20,895 nucleotides of DNA from a virus (lineage: Duplodnaviria; Heunggongvirae; Uroviricota; Caudoviricetes). The position numbers and the translations under genes were made by a program. The notes beneath the pieces were generated by a model that worked only from the letters and a program-made list of their open reading frames with translations, made no database searches and had not been told where the DNA came from. The stretch is from IMG/VR virus record IMGVR_UViG_2703718846_000002; one strand, given 5' to 3'. The first letter of the stretch is position 1; the number at the start of each line of letters is the position of its first letter. This document shows positions 8,591 through 18,276 of the stretch, piece by piece.

Positions 8591-8803
8591 TCATGAAAGG
8601 TAAACATTGGCAGCTGAAGGGCCACGCAGACCATTTATCCGGCAAAATTCCACGCGTAATCCGGTGGTAATTTCTTCTGCATCGCGGAGATTGAGCGCTG
8701 AAACATGAAGCTGGACATCGATACGACCATCGGATGGGGTGATAAGACCCTTGCCGCTTTTGCCGTCAAAGGTTTTGACAATTCCTGTCATTTTACGGGA
8801 CAA
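8591..8803 (-). CDS. cspF: CspA-family cold-shock-like protein (CspF/CspH type)
   Basis: 70-aa [30 protein letters not shown]...[13 protein letters not shown], divergent from cspB as in Qin. The cspF versus cspH call rests on position only. Confidence 0.8.
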
Positions 8804-9103
8804 AAAAATTCCTTAATACTGATAACTTGGCGCACTATACACACGTTCCTGAAGAAAGCTATAGTTTTTTGATGGGGTTGAAGATGGCTGGATGTCTAAA
8901 ATAAACATTGCTTCATATGTTCAACTATGCGTTAATGATTGCGTCGGTTTGAAGAACAGACGATATACGAAGTAGTTTACTAAAGCAGTTCTCATTTCAG
9001 GTGTTATTCACTTATTCCTTCTTTGAGTCTCTCCAATTAAGTACGAAGTCGTTTCTGTTATGCAAACCATTTATGCCGAAAGGCTCAAGTTAAGGAATGT
9101 AGA

Positions 9104-9319
9104 ATGTCAAATAAAATGACTGGTTTAGTAAAATGGTTTAACGCTGATAAAGGTTTCGGCTTTATTTCTCCTGTTGATGGTAGTAAAGATGTGTTTGTGC
9201 ATTTTTCTGCGATTCAGAATGATAATTATCGAACCTTATTTGAAGGTCAAAAGGTTACCTTCTCTATAGAGAGTGGTGCTAAAGGTCCTGCAGCAGCAAA
9301 TGTCATCATTACTGATTAA
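9104..9319 (+). CDS. cspB: Cold-shock protein CspB
   Basis: 71-aa [70 protein letters not shown].... The 5' UTR carries a GCCGAAAGGC hairpin before the SD, as in cspA. Confidence 0.9.
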   Translation: MSNKMTGLVKWFNADKGFGFISPVDGSKDVFVHFSAIQNDNYRTLFEGQKVTFSIESGAKGPAAANVIITD

Positions 9320-9600
9320 AATTCATCGCTCGTCTGTATACGATAACGAAGAAGGCTGATGCCTGAGTAGAGATACGGACAGAGTAGTGAATATTGGATC
9401 TCTTTAATAAAAAGTAAGGAGGTCCAATACATGAAACAATGGCTAGCATATTTGGCAAAATCTTAATCAGGAAAAGTATGCTAACCATTGTGGTGAAGTG
9501 CAGGTTTGCTGCATGAATAGTTTTACAGCAGAAGCTAACTGCTGGCATGGCAAAACAAAGTGCGTAAGTGGATGACTCCCACAAAAAGCACCACAATCTC

Positions 9601-9623
9601 AAACCCGCTCAGGCGGGTTTTTT
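9601..9623 (+). terminator. Intrinsic terminator with the same stem as the tR'-like hairpin
   Basis: AAACCCGC-TCAG-GCGGGTTT followed by TTTT. Confidence 0.55.
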
Positions 9624-9682
9624 ATTATCTGCTTTAAATATATTATTAAAATATAAAAAATACTTGTTACTAATAAAATCAA

Positions 9683-9853
9683 TCAGGCTACAGCTTTAAG
9701 ATTTGTCTGGAATACTTTGTTGCAATGAGGGCAGATCAAAAGGGCACCTTTTTGTACTCTTGAAAAACTGTGTTCTGACTCTTGGGTGCAGTTTGGGCAG
9801 GAACATTTAACGAGATAATTACGGCGTGATTTTGAGTTTTTACGTTCTGACAT
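9683..9853 (-). CDS. Small zinc-ribbon protein, Com-like (CxxC ... SF ... CxxC)
   Basis: 56 codons from an internal Met with an AGGAAA SD: MSERKNSKSRRNYLVKCSCPNCTQESEHSFSRVQKGALLICPHCNKVFQTNLKAVA. The ORF track extends it to 9904. Confidence 0.45.
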   Translation of the reverse strand: MSERKNSKSRRNYLVKCSCPNCTQESEHSFSRVQKGALLICPHCNKVFQTNLKAVA

Positions 9854-10072
9854 AGGCTTTTCCTGTATAAATGGCCGTATACAGTACACTAAATATGAAA
9901 ACATTTCTCGTATTATTATTTTATATATGACTTTCTTTCAAAATAATTACCCACATTTTTAATGTGTATGTTTTTTTAGCGCCGTTGAGAACAACGTGTG
10001 CTGTCAAAACTACCCCGTAGACTCCGATCTTTTCAAACATATTGCACCATCCGTGTACATCGGGGTGAGGAT

Positions 10073-10288
10073 ATGAAATCAATGGATAAGTTAACAACAG
10101 GTGTTGCCTATGGCACATCGGCGGGTAATGCTGGTTTCTGGGCATTGCAGTTACTCGATAAAGTAACTCCGTCACAGTGGGCTGCAATCGGTGTGCTGGG
10201 TAGCCTGGTTTTTGGCCTGCTGACGTATCTGACAAATCTTTATTTCAAGATTAAAGAAGACAGGCGTAAGGCTGCGAGAGGAGAGTAA
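10073..10288 (+). CDS. essQ: Class II holin/pinholin (phage 21 S-type) with a dual-start motif
   Basis: 71 codons from MKSMDK... with a GGTGAGG SD. Met1-Lys-Ser-Met4 dual start and a hydrophobic core ([18 protein letters not shown]); the ORF track extends it upstream to 9998. Confidence 0.85.
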   Translation: MKSMDKLTTGVAYGTSAGNAGFWALQLLDKVTPSQWAAIGVLGSLVFGLLTYLTNLYFKIKEDRRKAARGE

Positions 10289-10292
10289 TCCA

Positions 10293-10600
10293 ATGACTCA
10301 AGACTATGAACTGGTTGTGAAAGGAGTCCGTAATTTTGAGAATAAAGTTACGGTAACTGTAGCCTTACAGGACAAAGAACGCTTTGACGGTGAAATTTTT
10401 GACCTGGATGTCGCCATGGACCGTGTTGAAGGAGCTGCGCTGGAGTTTTATGAGGCAGCAGCCAGAAGGAGCGTCCGGCAAGTCTTCCTGGAAGTAGCAG
10501 AAAAATTGTCAGAAAAAGTTGAGTCTTATCTGCAGCATCAGTACTCCTTTAAGATTGAAAATCCTGCCAATAAGCACGAGCGTCCTCATCATAAATATCT

Positions 10601-10604
<4 letters not shown>
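10293..10604 (+). CDS. ydfR: Hypothetical protein inside the lysis cassette (YdfR-like)
   Basis: 103-aa ORF with a strong GAGAGGAGAG SD inside the end of the holin gene; its stop overlaps the endolysin start (ATGA). Confidence 0.7.
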
Positions 10605-11628
<1,024 letters not shown>

Positions 11629-11990
11629 GGTAATATTAAATCGGAACATTTACATCGCGGAATGTAAAATTTAAATAAAAAGGACTCTTCCATGAGCCAA
11701 AATTCCTGAAATCTTAAGGGTAAGATAAAAGGTCTTAATCAGAATGACACGTTTTATTAATAAATAAAGCTATTCTTTCATTGCTGTGTTTTTCTTTACA
11801 AAAGTAATCCTTGCTATGGGTGGTTAATCATGCGTTAATGGTGTTCTGGTTTGTTACAAATTTATCTGAAGCAGTCATTGTTATAATTTTATTATTTGTA
11901 CCTCTTGAGATTTCCTTGTTGGTTTTTCTCTCTGATATTTTTTTTCGGACCATTCTGCCCAAGGGCTAATTTCTTCAAAAGGTAATAATT

Positions 11991-12203
11991 ATGTCTAACA
12001 AAATGACTGGTTTAGTGAAATGGTTTAACCCTGAAAAAGGTTTTGGTTTCATCACGCCGAAAGATGGCAGCAAAGATGTGTTTGTCCATTTCTCAGCAAT
12101 TCAGAGCAACGATTTCAAAACATTAACTGAGAATCAGGAAGTTGAATTTGGTATTGAGAACGGACCTAAAGGTCCTGCCGCTGTTCATGTAGTGGCGCTT
12201 TGA
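11991..12203 (+). CDS. cspI: Cold-shock protein CspI
   Basis: 70-aa [73 protein letters not shown]. Confidence 0.9.
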   Translation: MSNKMTGLVKWFNPEKGFGFITPKDGSKDVFVHFSAIQSNDFKTLTENQEVEFGIENGPKGPAAVHVVAL

Positions 12204-12407
12204 GGTAGACAATATTACAAACCATATTCACTTTAGATGCCCGTGTTGTCATGGTTCCCAGTATAGAACATCATCTTTTGATGTTTCTGACATGAATCCT
12301 TTCGGGGCAAAATGTATCTTTTGTAAATCAATGATGATTACATTTGATAATATTTCACAATACTTAAATGCCAGCCGTCTGTCGTTGGATTTAAAAAAGT
12401 GAAAATG

Positions 12408-12430
12408 AAGGCTCCTTCGGGAGCTTTTTT
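12408..12430 (+). terminator. Intrinsic terminator about 200 nt downstream of cspI
   Basis: AAGGCTCC-TTCG-GGAGCTT hairpin followed by TTTTTT. Confidence 0.5.
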
Positions 12431-12474
12431 GCTTGGTGTCTATTCGATGGATACTCACATACTACGGTAACATC

Positions 12475-12705
12475 ATGAAAAAAATCATAGTTTTTTTTAA
12501 CTCTGAACCAGCAGTGGTAGTGCCAGCGATGACTGGAGTTAACACCATCATGCGTGAATATCCAAATGGCGAAAAAACACACCTTACTGTAATGGCCGCA
12601 GGGTTTCCATCTCTGACCGGAGATCATAAAGTCATTTATGTAGCCGCGGATCGACATGTTACTTCAGAAGAAATTCTGGAAGCAGCAATAAGGCTCTTGA
12701 GTTGA
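12475..12705 (+). CDS. Hypothetical small protein
   Basis: 76 codons from the internal Met MKKIIVFFNSEPAVVV...; balanced composition but a weak RBS. A competing minus-strand ORF (12391..12657) looks less protein-like. Confidence 0.3.
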   Translation: MKKIIVFFNSEPAVVVPAMTGVNTIMREYPNGEKTHLTVMAAGFPSLTGDHKVIYVAADRHVTSEEILEAAIRLLS

Positions 12706-12876
12706 TTTGATGCTATTGCATTGATAATTCAGGAAAATTCTCTTTGTCTGTTTGTGTAAAATTTAGACTATCGTATGTTGATTATTGCGATGTTTCATCT
12801 TATCTTTTACACGTTTGCACCATATAATCGACTTACTGTGTAACTGGAAAGTCATAACAGACTAAAAGAGGAAATG

Positions 12877-13050
12877 ATGAATATTGAAAACTTAAAAACA
12901 AAAGCAGAAGCAGATATTTCTGAATATATAACAAAAAAAATTATTGAACTTAAGAAAAAGACCGGGAAAGAAGTTACCAGTATTCAGTTTACCGCACGGG
13001 AAAAAATGACGGGTCTTGAAAGCTATGATGTCAAGATTAATTTAATCTGA
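12877..13050 (+). CDS. gnsB: GnsB (suppressor of secG-null cold sensitivity)
   Basis: 57-codon ORF below the ORF-track cutoff, translated by hand: MNIENLKTKAEADISEYITKKIIELKKKTGKEVTSIQFTAREKMTGLESYDVKINLI. Confidence 0.8.
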   Translation: MNIENLKTKAEADISEYITKKIIELKKKTGKEVTSIQFTAREKMTGLESYDVKINLI

Positions 13051-13201
13051 TGTATTCAATAATAAAATTTATCCATAAACCTCGTTTTTACGGGGTTTTG
13101 TTATATTTGAATGGTTCCGAATATCTAAATCACAATTGTTGATGGTTTTTATTAAACCAATGCAGTCCGGCTCAGGAGTGAGAGAAGCCGGACGTTATGG
13201 T

Positions 13202-13612
13202 TTAGCGTGGTAAGATCTGTGTAGTTTTCTGGATGCTTTCAGTAAATAGTAATGAATTATCAAAGGTATAGTAATATCTTTTTTGTTCGTGGATATTTGT
13301 AACCCACCGAAAAACTCCTGCTTTAGCAAGGTTTCTTCTGTATTCCTGAAATGTGATCTCTCTGGATTTCAGCTTATTAGAGGTCGTTTCTATAAGATGC
13401 CTATCCTTTGAAAATTTGACAGACACAATGTTTTTTAGGCCCTTTAATAACACTGTATTATCATTTTTTAATACAATATGAACATTCTCTGTGGCTAAAT
13501 AGTAAATGTAATGTGAGACATTGTGACGTTTTAGCTCAGAATAAAACCATTGATAGTTTAAATCGTTTCGAACTTTATCAAATATTTGTTTAAAAATGAC
13601 TACCTGATCCAT
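13202..13612 (-). CDS. ydfO: YdfO-like protein of unknown function
   Basis: 136 codons from [11 protein letters not shown]... with a GGAAGG SD 8 nt upstream; the ORF track extends it to 13627. Confidence 0.7.
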
Positions 13613-13669
13613 AGATAAACCTTCCATGTGATATGAGGGGGCGTAGTCTGCACGATTATCTAAATTGCT

Positions 13670-13903
13670 TCAATCTGGTCTGACCTGTTTTCTGAGCAAT
13701 TCAGTAATGTCACTCTTTTCTTTGTTTGCTTCAGAAGAAACTCTTTTTTCTGAGCACAGTCTCCGGCGGCAGGCTTCAATGACCCAGGCTGAGAAATTCC
13801 CGGACCCTTTTTGCTCAAGAGCGATGTTAATTTGTTCAATCATTTGGTTAGGAAAGCGGATGTTGCGGGTTGTTGTTCTGCGGGTTCTGTTCTTCGTTGA
13901 CAT
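13670..13903 (-). CDS. ynfO: Ribbon-helix-helix (Arc/MetJ/CopG-type) DNA-binding protein
   Basis: 77-aa ORF with the RHH pattern RNIRFPNQMIEQINIALEQKGSGNFSAWVIEACRRRL (strand, helix, G-x-S loop, helix); 57 nt upstream of ydfO on the same strand. Confidence 0.6.
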   Translation of the reverse strand: MSTKNRTRRTTTRNIRFPNQMIEQINIALEQKGSGNFSAWVIEACRRRLCSEKRVSSEANKEKSDITELLRKQVRPD

Positions 13904-13974
13904 GAGGTTGCCCTGTATTCAGTGTCGCTGATTTGTATTGTCTGAAGTTGTTTTTACGTTAAGTTGATGCAGAT

Positions 13975-14290
13975 CAATTAATACGATACCTGCGTCATAA
14001 TTGATTATTTGACGTGGTTTGATGGCCTCCACGCACGTTGTGATATGTAGATGATAATCATTATCACTTTACGGGTCCTTTCCGGTGATCCGACAGGTTA
14101 CGGGGCGGCGACCTCGCGGGTTTTCGCTATTTATGAAAATTTTCCGGTTTAAGGTGTTTCCGTTCTTCTTCGTCGTAACTTAATGTTTTTATTTAAAATA
14201 CCCCCTGAAAAGAAAGGAAACGACAGGTGCTGAAAGCGGGCTTTTTGGCCTTTGTCGTTTCCTTTCTCTGTTTTTGTCCGTGGAATGAAC
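13975..14290 (+). other. Lambda-type cos site (cosQ-cosN-cosB) with the 12-nt cohesive-end sequence GGGCGGCGACCT at about 14103..14114
   Basis: Reads ...GATCCGACAGGTTACG GGGCGGCGACCT CGCGGGTTTTCGCTATTTATGAAAATTTTCCGG..., near-identical to the lambda cos junction as recalled, immediately upstream of the Nu1 start. Confidence 0.85.
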
Positions 14291-14291
14291 A

Positions 14292-14837
14292 ATGGAAGTC
14301 AACAAAAAGCAGCTGGCTGACATTTTCGGTGCGAGTATCCGTACCTTTCAGAACTGGCAGGAACAGGGAATGCCCGTTCTGCGAGGCGGTGGCAAGGGTA
14401 ATGAGGTGCTTTATGATTCTGCCGCCGTCATAAAATGGTATGCCGAAAGGGATGCTGAAATTGAGAACGAAAAGCTGCGCCGGGAGGTTGAAGAACTGCT
14501 GCAGGCCAGCGAGACAGATCTCCAGCCAGGGACTATTGAGTACGAACGCCATCGACTTACGCGTGCGCAGGCCGACGCACAGGAGCTGAAAAATGCCAGA
14601 GACTCCGCTGAAGTGGTGGAAACCGCATTCTGTACTTTCGTGCTGTCGCGGATCGCAGGTGAAATTGCCAGTATTCTCGACGGGATCCCCCTGTCGGTGC
14701 AGCGGCGTTTTCCGGAACTGGAAAACTGACATGTTGATTTCCTGAAACGGGATATCATCAAAGCCATGAACAAAGCAGCCGCGCTGGATGAACTGATACC
14801 GGGGTTGCTGAGTGAATATATCGAACAGTCAGGTTAA
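14292..14837 (+). pseudogene. nohA: Terminase small subunit Nu1 homolog interrupted by an in-frame TGA at 14727..14729
   Basis: 145-aa ORF MEVNKKQLADIFGASIRTFQNWQEQGMPVLRGGGKGNEVLYD... matches lambda Nu1. After the TGA the same frame continues [35 protein letters not shown] to a TAA, restoring a 181-codon Nu1. Confidence 0.8.
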
Positions 14838-17013
14838 CAGGCTGCGGCATTTTGTCCGCGCCGGGCTTCGCTCACTGTTCAGGCCGGAGCCACAGACCGC
14901 CGTTGAATGGGCGGATGCCAATTACTATCTCCCGAAAGAATCCGCATACCAGGAAGGGCGCTGGGAAACACTGCCCTTTCAGCGGGCCATCATGAATGCG
15001 ATGGGCAGCGACTACATCCGCGAGGTGAATGTGGTGAAGTCTGCCCGTGTTGGTTATTCCAAAATGCTGTTGGGTGTTTATGCCTACTTCATAGAGCATA
15101 AGCAGCGCAACACACTTATCTGGTTGCCGACGGATGGTGATGCCGAGAACTTTATGAAAACCCACGTTGAGCCGACCATCCGTGATATTCCTTCGCTGCT
15201 GGCGCTGGCCCCGTGGTATGGCAAAAAGCACCGGGATAACACGCTCACCATGAAGCGTTTCACCAATGGGCGTGGCTTCTGGTGCCTGGGCGGTAAAGCG
15301 GCAAAAAACTACCGTGAAAAGTCAGTGGATGTGGCGGGTTATGATGAACTTGCTGCCTTTGATGAGGATATTGAACAGGAAGGCTCTCCGACGTTCCTGG
15401 GCGATAAGCGTATTGAAGGCTCTGTCTGGCCAAAATCCATCCGTGGCTCCACGCCCAAAGTGAGAGGCACCTGCCAGATTGAGCGTGCAGCCAGTGAATC
15501 CCCGCATTTTATGCGTTTTCATGTTGCCTGCCCGCACTGCGGGAAGGAGCAGTACCTTAAATTTGGCGACAAAGAGACGCCGTTTGGCCTCAAATGGATG
15601 CCGGATGATCCCTCCAGCGTGTTTTATCTCTGTGAGCATAATGCCTGCGTCATCCGTCAGCAGGACGGAACGTTTAAGCCAGCATACAGCAACAACATGG
15701 CCTGGTGTCTGTGGGATATGCTGACCCACCCGCGCTACGGCATGGGTAAACGTCTTGGTGCGGCAGATGTGGATAAATGGGCGCTGTATGTCATCGGCCA
15801 GTGTTGCGACCAGTCGGTGCCGGACGGTTTTGGCGGCACGGAGCCGCGCATCACCTGTAATGCCTGGCTGACCACACAGCGTAAGGCGTGGGATGTTCTC
15901 AGTGATTTCTGCTCGGCGATGCGCTGTATGCCGGTATGGAACGGGCAGACGCTGACGTTCGTGCAGGACCGACCATCAGATAAGGTGTGGACCTATAACC
16001 GCAGTAATGTGGTGATGCCGGATGATGGCGCGCCGTTCCGCTACAGCTTCAGCGCCCTGAAGGACCGCCATAATGCCGTTGAGGTGAACTGGATTGACCC
16101 GGATAACGGCTGGGAGACGGCGACAGAGCTTGTGGAGGACACGCAGGCCATTGCCCGTTACGGTCGTAACGTCACGAAGATGGATGCCTTTGGCTGTACC
16201 AGGCGGGGGCAGGCGCACCGAGCCGGGCTGTGGCTGATTAAAACGGAACTGCTGGAAACGCAGACCGTGGACTTCAGCGTGGGTGCCGAAGGGCTTCGCC
16301 ATGTACCAGGTGATGTCATTGAAATCTGTGATGATGACTATGCGGGGATCAGCATCGGCGGGCGCGTGCTGGCGGTGAACAGCCAGACGCGGACACTGAC
16401 GCTCGACCGTGAAATCACGCTGCCATCCTCCGGCACCACGCTGATAAGCCTGGTTGACGGGCAGGGTAATCCGGTGAGCGTGGAGGTCCAGTCCGTCACC
16501 GACGGCGTGAAGGTGAAAGTGAGCCGGGTTCCTGACGGCGTTGCCGAGTACAGCGTGTGGGGGCTGAAGCTGCCGACGCTGCGTCAGCGCCTGTTCCGCT
16601 GTGTGAGTATCCGTGAGAACGATGACGGTACGTATGCCATCACTGCCGTGCAGCATGTACCGGAGAAAGAAGCCATCGTGGATACCCATAGTGTTAGCGG
16701 TACGGCTGCTTCAGCCGGTGCACATACCCATTCGATGACATTTGTTTCAGGTGGTTCCAGTGGTGCTCCGGGAAGTGGATCACCTGATTATTCTAAATAC
16801 AGTGTTAACACTTCTTCTGCAGGCGCTCATACGCACTCTGTATCGGGTACTGCTGCAAGCGCAGGTGCACACGCACATACTGTCGGTATTGGTGCTCATA
16901 CGCACTCCGTTGCGATTGGTTCACATGGACATACCATCACCGTTAACGCTGCTGGTAACGCGGAAAACACCGTCAAAAACATCGCATTTAACTATATTGT
17001 GAGGCTTGCGTAA
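14812..17013 (+). pseudogene. stfQ: In-frame chimera: terminase large subunit A N-terminus, internal segment of tail-tip protein J, side-tail-fibre C-terminus
   Basis: Residues 1 to about 284 ([19 protein letters not shown] ... CVIRQQ) match lambda gpA. The next segment ([28 protein letters not shown] ... [10 protein letters not shown]) matches internal lambda J. The last ~110 aa (GAHTHS repeats ... [11 protein letters not shown]) match the side-tail-fibre C-terminus. Junctions lie near 15663 and 16683. Confidence 0.8.
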
Positions 17014-17588
17014 TGGCATTCAGAATGAGTGAACAACCACGGACCATAAAAATTTATAATCTGCTGGCCGGAACTAATGAATTTATTGGTGAAGGTGACG
17101 CATATATTCCGCCTCATACAGGTCTGCCAGCAAACAGTACCGATATTGCACCGCCAGATATTCCGGCAGGCTTCGTGGCTGTTTTCAACAGTGATGAGGC
17201 ATCGTGGCATCTCGTTGAAGATCATCGGGGTAAAACGGTTTATGACGTGGCTTCCGGCGACGCGTTATTTATTTCTGAACTCGGTCCGTTACCGGAAAAT
17301 GTTACCTGGTTATCGCCGGGAGGGGAATATCAGAAGTGGAACGGCACAGCCTGGGTGAAGGATACGGAAGCAGAAAAACTGTTCCGGATCCGGGAGGCGG
17401 AAGAAACAAAAAACAGCCTGATGCAGATAGCCAGTGAGCATATAGCGCCGCTTCAGGATGCTGTGGATCTGGAGATCGCAACGGAGGAAGAAACCTTGTT
17501 GCTGGAAGCCTGGAAAAAGTATCGGGTGTTGCTGAACCGTGTTGATACATCAACTGCACCGGATATTGAATGGCCAGCACTGCCGTAG
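17013..17588 (+). CDS. tfaQ: Tail fibre assembly protein
   Basis: 191-aa [42 protein letters not shown]...; its start overlaps the stop of the fibre remnant (TAATG). Confidence 0.85.
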   Translation: MAFRMSEQPRTIKIYNLLAGTNEFIGEGDAYIPPHTGLPANSTDIAPPDIPAGFVAVFNSDEASWHLVEDHRGKTVYDVASGDALFISELGPLPENVTWLSPGGEYQKWNGTAWVKDTEAEKLFRIREAEETKNSLMQIASEHIAPLQDAVDLEIATEEETLLLEAWKKYRVLLNRVDTSTAPDIEWPALP

Positions 17589-17685
17589 GGTAAAACATAT
17601 AAATTCTATAATTAGATGTATCTCTCCATTTACGGCAAGGAAGGGGGCTTGGAAGACGTAAAGCATCTCACACCGAGATTATTTT

Positions 17686-18276
17686 TTATATGTCAGGTGT
17701 CTGAAGTTTTGCTTTGGCTCTTAAAATGGTTTGCCGCGAGGTTTTGAATTCCCGGGCAATGGCACTTATACTTACACCTGACTTAATTCGTTCGAATACC
17801 ACCTGTTTCTGTTCTTCATTTAACACAGGTGGTCGACCAAAACGTTTCCCTGCGCCGCGGGCTCTTACTATCCCGGAATGAGTGCGTTCAAGTAAAAGGT
17901 CTCGTTCAAATTCAGCGACTGCTGAAATTACGTGCATCATCATTTTTCCTGTTGGACTGGTCAGGTCAATGCCCCCCAATGCTAAGCAATGCACTCTGAT
18001 ACCTGTTTCGGTCAGTTGTTCCACTGTTTTCCTGATATCCATTGCATTACAACCAAGGCGATCCAGTTTTGTCACAATCAATTGATCACCACATTTCAGG
18101 CGAGCAAGCAACCGGTTAAAACCAGGACGCTCACTGGTTGCTGCTGAGCCGCTAATGTGTTCTTCGATTATTTGCTGAGGTTTGATTTTAAAACCTGCAC
18201 TTTCGATTTCCCGGCGTTGATTTTCGGTGGTCTGATCCAGCGTTGATATCCGACAGTAAGCAAAAATTCGAGACAT
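17686..18276 (-). CDS. pinQ: Serine recombinase/DNA invertase Pin (Gin/Hin/Cin family)
   Basis: 196-aa [23 protein letters not shown]... with the catalytic Ser in the N-terminal RIS motif and a C-terminal HTH. Confidence 0.9.
   Translation of the reverse strand: MSRIFAYCRISTLDQTTENQRREIESAGFKIKPQQIIEEHISGSAATSERPGFNRLLARLKCGDQLIVTKLDRLGCNAMDIRKTVEQLTETGIRVHCLALGGIDLTSPTGKMMMHVISAVAEFERDLLLERTHSGIVRARGAGKRFGRPPVLNEEQKQVVFERIKSGVSISAIAREFKTSRQTILRAKAKLQTPDI

Noticed and set aside
14193-14773. 179-aa and 120-aa minus-strand ORFs over cos and Nu1
   Set aside because: Antisense to the conserved cos-Nu1 region, whose plus-strand reading is strongly supported by lambda similarity.
15976-16689. 237-aa minus-strand ORF
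   Set aside because: Lies entirely antisense to the J-derived block of the chimeric ORF and is rich in Arg, His and Ala as expected for a reverse-frame artefact of GC-rich coding sequence.
16660-16710. Possible invertase crossover site at the J/stf junction
   Set aside because: No gix/hix/pix-like inverted half-sites are visible at the junction, so I did not attribute the fusion to Pin-mediated recombination.
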